NCBI GenBank assembly: GCA_963706575.1
Contig: CAVPNL010000004.1
Span: 384,001-448,000 of the forward strand
Length of the DNA stretch: 64,000 bases
Reading direction: 5' to 3'
Source: an uncultured delta proteobacterium
Lineage (GTDB): Bacteria; Desulfobacterota; Desulfobacteria; Desulfobacterales; JAHEIW01
The position numbers were made by a program, and so were the translations under genes. The notes beneath the pieces were generated by a model. The model saw only the letters and a program-made list of their open reading frames with translations, had not been told where the DNA came from and made no database searches. Positions 49,420 to 59,892 of this stretch are shown here, piece by piece. The first letter of the stretch is position 1. Every line of letters starts with the position of its first letter.

Positions 49420-49965
49420 CTAGGATTTAATCTCATCGCAAATCTTGGCGAACACATCCGACAGGCGCAATATTCCCACGACTTCATCACCGCCGGTCAC
49501 CAGCAGAGAAAGATAAGGCTGCACAATCAGTTGGTGGGTAGCTTCACCCAATGTGGCATTTTCATCAATATACTCACCCTCAGAGGGTGACTGAATAAAT
49601 TCAGCCACTTTCAGCTGGGCTGCCCGTTCACGGACAAACTGCAAAGGCTTTACCCAAAGCGCATTATCTTCGAGCATGTCCTTGATCAAGTCCGGACTGT
49701 ATCCGGATCGCTCCAGCACATCCATGCCTTCCAATTTGCCGTAATTGGGTTCCAGGGCGACCAGGATGTCTTTCATGGTTATTTTACTTACAACCTTACT
49801 GTCCTCATCCAACACCAGTATGGCACGATGTTTATGCCGGGACGGGTCAAGTTTCTTTTGAGCCTTTTCCAGAGCAAAAACCGCCTCGCGCAAGGTCGCC
49901 ACCCGGGGAACCGTTGCATACTCTTTGACCGGCACCATCAATTCTTTTACCGTTATCGTTTTCAT
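49420..49965 (-). CDS. CBS-domain protein
   Basis: VKELMVP, HRAILVLD, VVGILRLSDVF. Confidence 0.85.
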   Translation of the reverse strand: MKTITVKELMVPVKEYATVPRVATLREAVFALEKAQKKLDPSRHKHRAILVLDEDSKVVSKITMKDILVALEPNYGKLEGMDVLERSGYSPDLIKDMLEDNALWVKPLQFVRERAAQLKVAEFIQSPSEGEYIDENATLGEATHQLIVQPYLSLLVTGGDEVVGILRLSDVFAKICDEIKS

Positions 49966-50219
49966 GTTATTCTTTCCAAGTCAGATTTATAGGATGCTTG
50001 TCTGATTTTAGATAAAGTACCCGGCCTAACTATATGCAGAATACATCAAATGTCAAAATGAACCTGAGGTAAATTTATTTCAAAGACTTTAAGGGTAACA
50101 CATTGTACCACTTCAACAAAATGAAATGGGTCGAACCATGTTTACCAGTAAAAAAACTATACAAGTTAGCCGAATTATGATAAACGGTCCCACAATTTTA
50201 TCCCAAAATGGAGGTCGCC

Positions 50220-50783
50220 ATGAAATCATACTTGGTGAAAGATTTAATGGTGCTGCTTTCGGAATATGCAACCGTGAACGAAGACGCAACTCTTTTCGAA
50301 GCCGTCCTGGCTCTGGAAAAGGCCCAGGAAAGTTTTGAGGACAAGCACACCCGCTATCGCCACCGGGCAATTCTGATACTGGATAAAGACGGCCAGGTTG
50401 TCGGTAAACTCAGCCAGCTGGATGTGCTCAGAGCTCTGGAACCCAAGTACCAGGAAATGATCCAGGGCGAGGGATTACACCGGTTTGGGTTTTCAAAAGA
50501 ATTCGAGAAATCCATCTTGGAGGATTATCACCTTTTTGCCAACCCCCTGGATGATCTCTGCCGCAAAGCCGGAGAGCAGAACGTCAAAGAATTTATGTAT
50601 ACTCCCACCAAAGGCGAATATGTATCTGAAAACGCATCTCTGGATGTCGCTATCCATCAATTGATCATAGGGCACCACCAATCATTGCTGGTAACCCGTA
50701 AAGAAAAAATTGTGGGGATTTTGCGTCTGACCGATGTATTTGCCGCCGTGTTCAACAAAATGAAAGCGTGTTTTACAGCATAG
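50220..50783 (+). CDS. CBS-domain protein (paralogue of the divergent neighbour)
   Basis: VKDLMV, HRAILILD, IVGILRLTDVF; RBS ggagg before ATG 50220. Confidence 0.87.
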   Translation: MKSYLVKDLMVLLSEYATVNEDATLFEAVLALEKAQESFEDKHTRYRHRAILILDKDGQVVGKLSQLDVLRALEPKYQEMIQGEGLHRFGFSKEFEKSILEDYHLFANPLDDLCRKAGEQNVKEFMYTPTKGEYVSENASLDVAIHQLIIGHHQSLLVTRKEKIVGILRLTDVFAAVFNKMKACFTA

Positions 50784-50854
50784 ACCCTGAAGAATCTCGC
50801 AGATATTCAGCCAACCCAACTAACGGTTTCGAGGGATAGAGGAGGACTCTTTAA

Positions 50855-52324
50855 GTGACTGAAAATATTGCTGGAACGAGAAATATCGACTGGAAAAAGA
50901 TGGGGTTTCTTTTCCTGGGTATTGTCCTTTTTACAGTGGTCTACTGGGCACCTGCCTGGCCCGATGCCGTCGATCCCATGGGCAAACATTTCCCGCTGAG
51001 CCGGGAGGCCAAGGGAGCCATCGCTGTATTTTTACTGGCCGGAACCTGGTGGGTCTTCGAGGTGGTGCCCATCGGGGTCACCAGCCTGGCCATCGGGGTT
51101 ATGCAGGCGCTTTTTCTGATACGCCCGGCCAGAGACGCTTTTACGGATTTTATGGTACCGGCCGTCATGTTTATTTTTGCCTCGATCATGATCGGTCTGG
51201 TATTCACCAAAACGGGGTTGACCAAGCGCCTGGCATACAAAATGCTGATCATCGTCGGTGAAAAAACCAGTATGATATATCTGGGATGCTTCATCGTCAC
51301 CGCAGCCCTGACCCACATTATGGCGCATACGGCGGTGGCGGCCACCATTTACCCCCTGCTGGTGTCGATTTATGCGCTTTACGGTGAAGGCGATAAAAAG
51401 ACAAAATTCGGCAAGGGGCTGTTTATCGGGATGGCCTATGTTGCCGGTGCCGGTAGCATCGTGACCCTGCTGGGGGCCGCCCGCGGCGCTGTGGCTCTGG
51501 GCTTTTACAAGGATATCGTCGGCCAGGACATCTCGTTTTTTCAATTGACCTGGTATATGTTCCCCGTTGGCTGGATAATGACCTTCATCCTCTGGGGTTT
51601 TTTTATGGTTTTCTTCAAACCTGAAAAAAAAGTGATCCCGGGGCTCAGGGAAAAGGCCCGCCAGCTGAACAGCGAACTGGGCCCATTGACCCGCAAAGAA
51701 ATCAAAGCGGCCCTGATCGTCGGCGCCTGTATTGTGACCATGGCGATACGCCCCTATGTCTCTTTCCTGGAACCCATTGATAAAACCGCCATCATCCTGA
51801 TATCGACCATCCTGTTTTTTATCACCGGCATCATGGACCTCGATGATCTGGAAGCCATACCCTGGAACATTATCCTGCTTTTCGCGGGCGCCATGAGCAT
51901 CGGCAACTGCCTGTGGCAAACCGGGGCTGCCAACTGGATGGCGGTCAACTGGCTGGTGATGTTCCAGCAAGCCAACTGGTTTGTGTTTGTGATGAGCATC
52001 GCTTTTTTCGTCATGATCATGACCAATTTTATCATGAATGTGGCGGCCATCGCCATATCCCTGCCGGTGGCCCTGGTCATCGCACCCTATTTGGGCGTGG
52101 CCGGTGAGGTCATCTTGTTTGCGGCCCTGGTCACCGCCGGAATGCCGTTCTTATTGCTGGTGGGCGCCGCCCCCAATGCGATTGCCTATGACTCCGGGCA
52201 GTTTACGACCGCTGAATTTTTTCTATATGGCCTACCCGCCAGTATCATTCTGATGATTATCACCGGCTTTGCCGTGTTTATCCTCTGGCCCCTGATGGGC
52301 ATGCCGGTGTTAATCGGCGGTTAA
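50855..52324 (+). CDS. DASS/SLC13 anion:sodium symporter
   Basis: WWVFEVVPIGVT, HIMAHTA, TLLGAARG, IPWNIILLF, NFIMNVAA, GAAPNAIAY. Confidence 0.88.
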   Translation: MTENIAGTRNIDWKKMGFLFLGIVLFTVVYWAPAWPDAVDPMGKHFPLSREAKGAIAVFLLAGTWWVFEVVPIGVTSLAIGVMQALFLIRPARDAFTDFMVPAVMFIFASIMIGLVFTKTGLTKRLAYKMLIIVGEKTSMIYLGCFIVTAALTHIMAHTAVAATIYPLLVSIYALYGEGDKKTKFGKGLFIGMAYVAGAGSIVTLLGAARGAVALGFYKDIVGQDISFFQLTWYMFPVGWIMTFILWGFFMVFFKPEKKVIPGLREKARQLNSELGPLTRKEIKAALIVGACIVTMAIRPYVSFLEPIDKTAIILISTILFFITGIMDLDDLEAIPWNIILLFAGAMSIGNCLWQTGAANWMAVNWLVMFQQANWFVFVMSIAFFVMIMTNFIMNVAAIAISLPVALVIAPYLGVAGEVILFAALVTAGMPFLLLVGAAPNAIAYDSGQFTTAEFFLYGLPASIILMIITGFAVFILWPLMGMPVLIGG

Positions 52325-52379
52325 CGGCAAATCAGATCGGTTGAAGCGTTCACCTTAGCTATCAGGGAGAAAGGCTGTC

Positions 52380-53810
52380 ATGAACCAGCTCGCAAAATTA
52401 TTTGATCGCATCATCGGTAAAGTCAACATCAGCTTGAGAGAATTTAACTTTGACGCTGCACAATACCTGAAATATCTTCAAGATTACATCCCGCTGCGTC
52501 AGTTGATCAAATTCTATGCATTTTACGGGGTTACCGGGCAGCAACCGTTCAATTTCCACTTCAGTCGCTCAAACCTGGCCGGCAGCTATTTTTTGGGAAA
52601 TTGCAAGGTTGACAATGCGATTCTCTATAAAAGTGATATCCGGGGCGACGAACTCAAATCTAAAGGCGATATCATTAATTATCAGGGCGTCGATTTTACC
52701 CTGGACCTCGATGAGAAAGTCCGGATTCAAGACAGTATTCTGATTAAGACCCTGGTGCATAATTGTTCCAACGATCCGGCAAATCCCGAATTGTTTCTGA
52801 TTAAAAATGCGGCATCAACACCCTATGCGAATATTCATGGATCCCTGGTGGAAGGTTGTTTCCTGGGACCTTTCGCGACCGCCGATCTAACACGTCTTCA
52901 TGGATGTATCCTTGGAACTTACGCCTATGTTCAAACCGGAGAACTATGGAAGCAGCATGTCGCAAACGGTCGGATCTGGATCAGAAACAACAACCGTTTT
53001 GAATTCTCCTATCGGTTTCCACCAAAGGTATTGGATCGATACATCCATTTTACAATCGGTCAACAGCCAAGCGGTATTTTCATAGATTTTATCAGAAAGC
53101 GGAAGGAACAATTTCAGCGAATATTTGATGCTGTTAATCTAGAGCCGCCCGCTATGGTACCGAAATCTACGTCCTTGAGTCGCTATGCAGTCGTCAGACC
53201 GAAAACACACATTGGTAAAAATGTGCTGGTGGCACAGAGAGCATATCTGGAGAACTCATTTCTGGGCAACGGCGCAAACGCCCAGGAAAACTGCTACATC
53301 ATCAACTCGCGCCTGGAAGGCAACAATGTGACAGCTCACGGCGCCAAATTGGTCCACACCCGTCTGGCTAAAAATGTTTTTGTCGGGTTTAACGCCTTTT
53401 TACGCGGAACTGCGGATTGTCCGCTCGACATCGGCAAGGGCAGCATCGTCATGCCCCACACGGTTATCGACCTCAGGCAGCCCGTGGCCATCCCGGCAGA
53501 TCATCTGGTCTGGGGGTATATCCAAAAACCGAATGACCTCAAATACCACATGTTATCATTGAAAAAACTTGCCGCAGTTCGTCGTCAAAAAACCATCAAA
53601 ACAATGAAATTTCGCGGAAATGGCGCAGCATTTGTCCAATCCTTTCGACACCGCATCCAACACATCCTGGAAGCCAACGGCGCTTACTTTGACGGGAAGA
53701 GGCATCGGGGTCACGCCCAACAGGATCAAAACATATCTTTCAACATTATCCAACCTTACATGATGGGCCCAAAGAAAGGCCTTTTTCCAACCCTGGATAT
53801 TCAGCCGTGA
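52380..53810 (+). CDS. Hexapeptide-repeat (left-handed beta-helix) transferase-like protein
   Basis: HIGKNVLVAQRAYLENSFLGNGANAQENCYI, KNVFVGFNAFL, IGKGSIVMPHTVI. Confidence 0.75.
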   Translation: MNQLAKLFDRIIGKVNISLREFNFDAAQYLKYLQDYIPLRQLIKFYAFYGVTGQQPFNFHFSRSNLAGSYFLGNCKVDNAILYKSDIRGDELKSKGDIINYQGVDFTLDLDEKVRIQDSILIKTLVHNCSNDPANPELFLIKNAASTPYANIHGSLVEGCFLGPFATADLTRLHGCILGTYAYVQTGELWKQHVANGRIWIRNNNRFEFSYRFPPKVLDRYIHFTIGQQPSGIFIDFIRKRKEQFQRIFDAVNLEPPAMVPKSTSLSRYAVVRPKTHIGKNVLVAQRAYLENSFLGNGANAQENCYIINSRLEGNNVTAHGAKLVHTRLAKNVFVGFNAFLRGTADCPLDIGKGSIVMPHTVIDLRQPVAIPADHLVWGYIQKPNDLKYHMLSLKKLAAVRRQKTIKTMKFRGNGAAFVQSFRHRIQHILEANGAYFDGKRHRGHAQQDQNISFNIIQPYMMGPKKGLFPTLDIQP

Positions 53811-53948
53811 AGATGCTCGAAAATCGCGGTCATATGTTTAACACCATTGATCAATTTCTACCCTTTATGGTAATTAAATGGTTATGCCGAATCATAAGAT
53901 CCTTATGAACGATTTTGGCGCGAATAAAAATTATAAGGGAGTTTATCC

Positions 53949-54380
53949 ATGAGTCTCGCAAATGTATTACTGGTAGATGATGAGGTCGAGTTTGTTGAAG
54001 CATTCAGTGAACGCTTAAAGATGCGCGATCTTGAAATCTCAAAGGCGTTCAGCGGAAAAGAGGCACTAAAATTTCTTAAAAAAAACCAAACCGTCGAAGT
54101 TGTTATTTTGGATGTAAAGATGCCGGAAATGGACGGAATCGAAACACTGGCTGAAATCAAGAAGCGATATCCGCTGATGGAGGTCATCATGCTTTCGGGT
54201 CATTCGACGGTCGAATCGGCCATTGAAGGCATGAAAAAAGGCGCTTTTGATTATTTGATGAAACCATGCGATATGGATCAGATCATGGCGAAGGTAAGCG
54301 AAGCGGTGGCGAAAAAACGACGGCATGAAGAAAAAATAATCCAGGCTCGAATCAAAGAAATCACATCGAGGCACATATAA
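53949..54380 (+). CDS. Single-domain response regulator
   Basis: LLVDDE, ILDVKMPEMDG, MLSGH, FDYLMKP. Confidence 0.92.
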   Translation: MSLANVLLVDDEVEFVEAFSERLKMRDLEISKAFSGKEALKFLKKNQTVEVVILDVKMPEMDGIETLAEIKKRYPLMEVIMLSGHSTVESAIEGMKKGAFDYLMKPCDMDQIMAKVSEAVAKKRRHEEKIIQARIKEITSRHI

Positions 54381-54542
54381 AGGCATCCGGGCATAACGTT
54401 AGATCGTCGGCCGCCGTAATTCCCGAATCCCTATATTTTCCTTGACAGGTCGGGGGCATCAAATATATCTATTTTTATCATATAGCCCGATTTAAAAAAT
54501 AAATTTAATTCAGCATAACATAAACAAAAAGGAGGACGTTTT

Positions 54543-55568
54543 ATGAAAAAATCAGGATTGTTTTTGGTATGCGGCTTGATTTCCGTATTTCTTCTGGTCG
54601 GAATCGCCGCAGCAAAGGAAACGGTGGTGGTTTACACCTCATTGGAAAATGAAGAGGTCGTCGAATATCTGAAAGTCGCCAAAAAAGAGCTTGCCGATCT
54701 TGATATTCAGGCCATCCGTCTCTCCACCGGAGAACTGGGTGCCCGTATGCTGGCCGAAAAGGACAACCCGCAGGCCGACTGCATCTGGGGATGGGCGGTC
54801 ACCAATATGTCGGAATTTGTTCCCAAGGGCATGCTGGTAACCTATAAACCCAAAGGCTGGGATAAGATCCCGGCAAACTTCAAAAATCCCGAAGGCTACT
54901 GGACGGCCATCGATTTATATGCAGCCGCGCTGGTTCCCAACACCAAAGTTCTGGCGCAAAAAAATATGCCGATGCCCAAAGGCTGGAATGATCTTTTGAA
55001 TCCGGTCTATAAAGGGGCGCTGATCATGCCGAACCCGGCCAGCTCCGGCACCGGGTTTTTGCAGGTGGCCAGCCTGCTGGTCCTGCTGGACCCCGATTAC
55101 AAGAACAAGCCCGTCGAGCAGAATAAAGCCTGGGAATTTCTCAAAGAACTGGACAAAAACATGGGCCAGTACATCAAAAGCGGTTCCAAACCGGCCAAGC
55201 TGACCGCTGCCGGAGAATATGCGGTGGGCGCCTCTTTTGCTTTTGTCTATTCTTCATTGAAAAAGAAAGGCTTTCCGGTGGCGCTGGTCATGCCGGAAGA
55301 AGGCGCCGGATTTGAACTCGAAGCCAACGCATTGTTAAAAGGCGCCAAGAATGAAGCCGCAGCTAAGAAATTTTTAGACTGGGCCATCAGTGAAGGTGCC
55401 ATGAAGGAATATGCCAAATTTAAACTCGGCGTGACTTATCCGGGTATCGCCGGACCGGCGGACCTGCCGGCCTTAGATACCATTAAGCTGGCCCCCATGG
55501 ATTTCCCGTGGCAGTCTGAAAATCGCGCCAAAATCCTGGAAGTCTGGCAAAACCATTTCCTGAAATAA
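54543..55568 (+). CDS. ABC substrate-binding protein (2-aminoethylphosphonate/Fe3+ type)
   Basis: Signal peptide, VYTSLE, STGEL.AR..AEKDNPQAD, MPNPASSGTG, KFLDWA. Confidence 0.8.
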   Translation: MKKSGLFLVCGLISVFLLVGIAAAKETVVVYTSLENEEVVEYLKVAKKELADLDIQAIRLSTGELGARMLAEKDNPQADCIWGWAVTNMSEFVPKGMLVTYKPKGWDKIPANFKNPEGYWTAIDLYAAALVPNTKVLAQKNMPMPKGWNDLLNPVYKGALIMPNPASSGTGFLQVASLLVLLDPDYKNKPVEQNKAWEFLKELDKNMGQYIKSGSKPAKLTAAGEYAVGASFAFVYSSLKKKGFPVALVMPEEGAGFELEANALLKGAKNEAAAKKFLDWAISEGAMKEYAKFKLGVTYPGIAGPADLPALDTIKLAPMDFPWQSENRAKILEVWQNHFLK

Positions 55569-55592
55569 GCATGCATTGCATGACCTTTTTAA

Positions 55593-55632
55593 AAGACTTC
55601 ATAAATCCTCCCCGGAGGATTTATGAAGTCTT
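55593..55632. terminator. Perfect 18-bp-stem hairpin after the SBP gene
   Basis: aagacttcataaatcctc-cccg-gaggatttatgaagtctt. Confidence 0.7.
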
Positions 55633-55641
55633 GTCTTTCAA

Positions 55642-56751
55642 ATGGACCTATTTATGGAAACCACCTCCAAACAGCTTGTTTTAAAAAACATCAACAAACA
55701 ATTTGGCACGCTGGTGGCAGTCCAAAATGTTGATCTGGTGATCGCACCCGGCGAGTTCGTCTGCTTTTTAGGGCCCAGCGGATGCGGTAAAACCACCCTG
55801 TTGAGGATCATTACCGGATTCGAGCAGCAGACCAGCGGGGATGTCATCTATGACGGCAAAGTGATCAATGACGTGATTCCTCAGAAACGGGATTTCGGGA
55901 TCGTGTTTCAGTCTTATGCCCTGTTTCCCAATATGACGGTGTACCAGAATGTCGCATTCGGTTTAAAAATGCGCAAAATGCCGCCAACGCTGATCGATGA
56001 ACGCGTCAGCGAAATCCTGCAGCTGGTGGGCCTGACTGATTGGGAGCGCCATTATCCTTCTCAACTGAGCGGCGGCCAGCAGCAACGGGTAGCGCTGGGG
56101 CGGGCGATTGCCATCAAACCCAAAGTCCTTCTGCTGGATGAACCCTTGAGTGCATTGGATGCCAAGATCAGAATCCGCCTGCGCACCGTTATCAAAAAAT
56201 TGCAGGAAGAACTGGGCGTTACGATGATCTACGTCACCCATGATCAGGAAGAAGCGCTGGCGCTGGCAGACCGGGTCGCCATCATGCGGGATGGCGAGAT
56301 CAGACAGATCGGTTCGCCCTGGGAGATATATAAACAACCCAAAACCAGTTTTATTGCTGAATTTGTGGGGACCTCCAATTTTATCACCGGAAAGAAAAAA
56401 AACGGTATTGTCCAGTTCGGTCGTTTGGAACTGGCGGTCTCAAACCTGGATGAGACCGGAGACGAAACGGTTTATCTGGCCATTCGACCTGAAAATATTG
56501 AACTGTTCGATGAAGCCCGTTCCGCTGAAAATTATATGACCTCCAATGTGGTTGAAGTTGAGGCCGAGGTTATCAATTTTCTGGGTGCGATCGTAAGAAT
56601 TACCTTCATCCTGGAAGAAGAAGAAATGCTGGTGGACATTTCCGAAAAAGAGTTTGAAAAGCTGAGTTTAAAACGAAAGGATAAATTTAAACTATATTTC
56701 CCGCCGGATGAATTTCATCAGTATTCGGAGTTGTTCAGAAAACTCATATAG
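55642..56751 (+). CDS. ABC transporter ATPase (PhnT/FbpC-like)
   Basis: GPSGCGKT, FQSYALFP, LSGGQQQR, LDEPLSALD. Confidence 0.9.
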   Translation: MDLFMETTSKQLVLKNINKQFGTLVAVQNVDLVIAPGEFVCFLGPSGCGKTTLLRIITGFEQQTSGDVIYDGKVINDVIPQKRDFGIVFQSYALFPNMTVYQNVAFGLKMRKMPPTLIDERVSEILQLVGLTDWERHYPSQLSGGQQQRVALGRAIAIKPKVLLLDEPLSALDAKIRIRLRTVIKKLQEELGVTMIYVTHDQEEALALADRVAIMRDGEIRQIGSPWEIYKQPKTSFIAEFVGTSNFITGKKKNGIVQFGRLELAVSNLDETGDETVYLAIRPENIELFDEARSAENYMTSNVVEVEAEVINFLGAIVRITFILEEEEMLVDISEKEFEKLSLKRKDKFKLYFPPDEFHQYSELFRKLI

Positions 56752-56792
56752 TATTGCCGCAAGGCTTTGTCGTAAGGAAATATTTTTGCTCT

Positions 56793-56841
56793 GTGGGAGC
56801 GGCTTCCAGCCGCGAATATCGCAGCAAGATGCTGCTCCCAC
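56793..56841. repeat. GTGG-type REP doublet (REPIN-like)
   Basis: gtgggagcggcttccagccgcga-ata-tcgcagcaagatgctgctcccac. Confidence 0.75.
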
Positions 56842-56888
56842 CTCTATTATTTTGAAAACTGTGACTGTTGCGCTACATTAAAAATTAT

Positions 56889-58601
56889 ATGGAAACTTCC
56901 TCATCGACCGCTGACACAACCTTGCAGTACCAGGTTTCTGCCGCACGGATGGAAATCGATCGATTCATCATTCCCACCGTCACCATTTTTATCGGCCTGA
57001 TTCTCTGCTTTTTTATGCTTTTCCCCCTGTCGGCAATTCTCAAAATGAGTTTTTTCAAAGGCGGCGAGTTCGCTATCGCCAATTTCACCCTGGCAAATTT
57101 CCAAAAATACTTCACCACGGCTTATACCCTCAGAGCGCTGTGGCACAGCCTGTATGTGTCGGTGGCCACGACAATTATCGTCACGATTATTATTTTCTTT
57201 TTCGCTTATGCCATGACCCGAACGACGATGCGCGCAAAGACCTTTTTCCGCAATGTCATCATGCTGCCCCTTATAGCGCCTTCCATTGTTCAAGCCCTGG
57301 CGCTGATTTATCTGTTCGGCCGCAACGGCCTGATTACGGCGCATCTTTTAAAAACAGACTGGAATATTTACGGGGCCACCGGGATTATTGTTTCAGAAGT
57401 TCTGTATTGCCTGCCGCATGCTTTTGTGATCCTGTACACAACCCTATCGGCAGTGGACATCCGGCTGGATGAGGCGGCCGAAAGTCTGGGCGCATCGCCC
57501 TTCAAGGTGTTTACCCGCATTACACTGCCATCGGCAAAATACGGCATCTTCAGCGCGGCTGCCCTGACCTTCAATTTGACCATTACCGATTTTGGCAATC
57601 CGGTGGTCATCGGGGCCGATTACAATGTGCTGGCCACCGAAATTTATGCCCAGGTCACCAACCTCTACCGCTTTGACCTGGGGGCCACCATCAGTATTAT
57701 TCTACTGGTACCGTCGTTGATGGCCTTCATGTTAAATTATTATATCTCCCGTAAGACATTTTCCATGATCAGCGGGGCTGCCAGACCCGTGATTCCGCCG
57801 TCGCGGCCGTTGAAAAAGATATCCTTCACGATTTATTGCAGCCTGGTCACTTTTGCTATTTTTATGGTATTTGCCACGGTCATCATCGGATCTTTTGTCA
57901 AGATTTGGCCCTATGACTGGTCTCTGACCTTAAGGCATTATAGTTTCCCATCCATCGGCGGCTATTCCGCCATCTGGACCAGTGTGTGGGTTTCTTTAAT
58001 CGTGGGGATTGCCGGCGCATTTATTACGCTGGTTGCCGGCTATGTCATGGAAACGCGCAAACCTTTTTTCAAACAGACGCTTTATCTGTTGTCGGTGATG
58101 CCGGCCGCGATCCCCGGACTGGTAATGGGGCTGGGCTATATCCTGGCCTTTAACAAACCCTATTACCTTTTCTACGGCACGCCCTGGATCATTGTGATCA
58201 ATATCGTAATCTGCAATTTTACCCTGGGCATATTATCCAGTATTTCCAATCTGCGAAACATCGATGCATCCATCGAAGAAGCCTCCATCAGCCTGGGCGG
58301 GGATACCTTCCGGACGTTTTTCAGAATCATATTTCCGCTTTCAAGGGTAGCCTTCTTTCAAAACTTCGTTTATTTTTTCATGCGCTCGATGACCACCATC
58401 AGCGCCGTCATTTTCCTGGTCTCCGCCACCGTCCATCTGGCGGCCATCGAAATCATCATGCTGGACAATGACGGTTGGACCGCAAGCGCCAACGCCATGT
58501 GCACCTGCATCATTGTGATCGTGCTGGTCATGCTGGGGATTTTGCAGATCGTCGCCAAAAAAACGGGTCAGCGCCCGGAAGGGTTGGTATCTGAGGTATG
58601 A
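56889..58601 (+). CDS. ABC transporter fused double permease (PhnU/FbpB-like)
   Basis: Two EAA loops (LDEAAESLGA, IEEASISLGG), ITDFGNP; start chosen at ATG 56889. Confidence 0.85.
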   Translation: METSSSTADTTLQYQVSAARMEIDRFIIPTVTIFIGLILCFFMLFPLSAILKMSFFKGGEFAIANFTLANFQKYFTTAYTLRALWHSLYVSVATTIIVTIIIFFFAYAMTRTTMRAKTFFRNVIMLPLIAPSIVQALALIYLFGRNGLITAHLLKTDWNIYGATGIIVSEVLYCLPHAFVILYTTLSAVDIRLDEAAESLGASPFKVFTRITLPSAKYGIFSAAALTFNLTITDFGNPVVIGADYNVLATEIYAQVTNLYRFDLGATISIILLVPSLMAFMLNYYISRKTFSMISGAARPVIPPSRPLKKISFTIYCSLVTFAIFMVFATVIIGSFVKIWPYDWSLTLRHYSFPSIGGYSAIWTSVWVSLIVGIAGAFITLVAGYVMETRKPFFKQTLYLLSVMPAAIPGLVMGLGYILAFNKPYYLFYGTPWIIVINIVICNFTLGILSSISNLRNIDASIEEASISLGGDTFRTFFRIIFPLSRVAFFQNFVYFFMRSMTTISAVIFLVSATVHLAAIEIIMLDNDGWTASANAMCTCIIVIVLVMLGILQIVAKKTGQRPEGLVSEV

Positions 58602-58680
58602 CAAGGTGAGAATGCCAGACAAACGCCATGGTATGGGCAAAGCCTGTTAAAATTCTTTTTGTGACAAAATTAAATAAAAC

Positions 58681-58707
58681 CTTTGCGACTTTGCGACTTT
58701 GCGTGAG
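58681..58707. repeat. Octamer tandem repeat (CTTTGCGA)n
   Basis: ctttgcgactttgcgactttgcgtgag. Confidence 0.65.
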
Positions 58708-58760
58708 GCCATATTAAGTTCAGCCTAAAGCGGATCCGGTAACCGGATCAAGAAGGAATA

Positions 58761-59684
58761 TTAATAAAGATCATAGGGGGTTAGACTTTCATACCCTCCT
58801 TGCGTTACTAGAATGGTCTGCTCAAACTGGGCGGATAAAGACCCATCTTTGGTCACCGCCGTCCAGTTATCCGCCAGAATTTTCAGTTCCTTGTTGCCCA
58901 GATTGATCATGGGTTCAATCGTAAAAACCATGCCCGGAATCAATCGGATGCCCTGCCCCTTTTGGCCGAAATGCGGGATTTGCGGCGGTTCGTGAAATTC
59001 AAACCCGACCCCGTGGCCGACAAAATCGCGCACCACCGAACAGCCCTGATCCTCGGCATAGGCCTGGATTGCCCAGCCGATATCCCCGACCGTATTGCCG
59101 GGTTTGACCTTTGAAATCCCGCGCTTAAGGCATTCTCTGGCAACACTGACGATTTTGCGGGCTTCGGTTCCGGGTGTGCCTACAAAATATGTTTTGTTGG
59201 CATCGGCATAATAGCCGTTTAAAACCGATGTAATGTCGACATTGACGATATCACCATCCGCCAGGACTCTCTTCCCCGGGATACCATGGCAAACTTCCTC
59301 ATTTATTGAAACACAAACACTTTTAGGAAATCCCCGGTAATTCAAGGGCGCCGGCTGGGCACCGCTTTTTATGGTAAATTCATGCACGATGGTATTGATT
59401 TCATCGGTCTTGATCCCCGGGCGTATCTTATCCTCGATCTGCTCAAAAGTATCCAGCACCAGTTGCCCGGCCTTACGAATGCATTCAATATCGACTTCTC
59501 CTTTAAGCCGAATCTTGTATCTCTGGGCATACTGCGCCCCGGGCTCCCGGCTAACCTGAAGTTCTTTTCCCAAACAGCACTTTTTATATTTTAACCCGCT
59601 GCCGCAGGGGCAGGGATCGTTTCTACCGACTTTCACTGTTTTGCCCTTCTCTCTAAGCAGATTCAATCTAGCTTTGGATAACAT
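58761..59684 (-). CDS. map: Type I methionine aminopeptidase with N-terminal SEC-C motif
   Basis: [47 protein letters not shown]. Confidence 0.93.
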   Translation of the reverse strand: MLSKARLNLLREKGKTVKVGRNDPCPCGSGLKYKKCCLGKELQVSREPGAQYAQRYKIRLKGEVDIECIRKAGQLVLDTFEQIEDKIRPGIKTDEINTIVHEFTIKSGAQPAPLNYRGFPKSVCVSINEEVCHGIPGKRVLADGDIVNVDITSVLNGYYADANKTYFVGTPGTEARKIVSVARECLKRGISKVKPGNTVGDIGWAIQAYAEDQGCSVVRDFVGHGVGFEFHEPPQIPHFGQKGQGIRLIPGMVFTIEPMINLGNKELKILADNWTAVTKDGSLSAQFEQTILVTQGGYESLTPYDLY

Positions 59685-59892
59685 GGTTAGATAGCGGTAT
59701 GCGCATCCGCGGTCAAAGTTTTCAATAAGGCGGTTATCATTTTTATTTTGTCAAAGTTGAGATTCTTATTATAATTTTAAAACAAATTCAACCGTTAAGC
59801 AAAGTGAAAAGCAATCCGGATGCATTTTCATATTTGCTATTCATGTAAAAATATCTTAATACCTGAGTCTGCATGAAAGGAGATCCAGGTTA

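Noticed and set aside
51032..51970. Long antisense ORFs (also 21122-21946, 13415-14074, 25648-26280, 15858-16496)
   Set aside because: They lie opposite well-supported genes and show no motifs; typical shadow frames.
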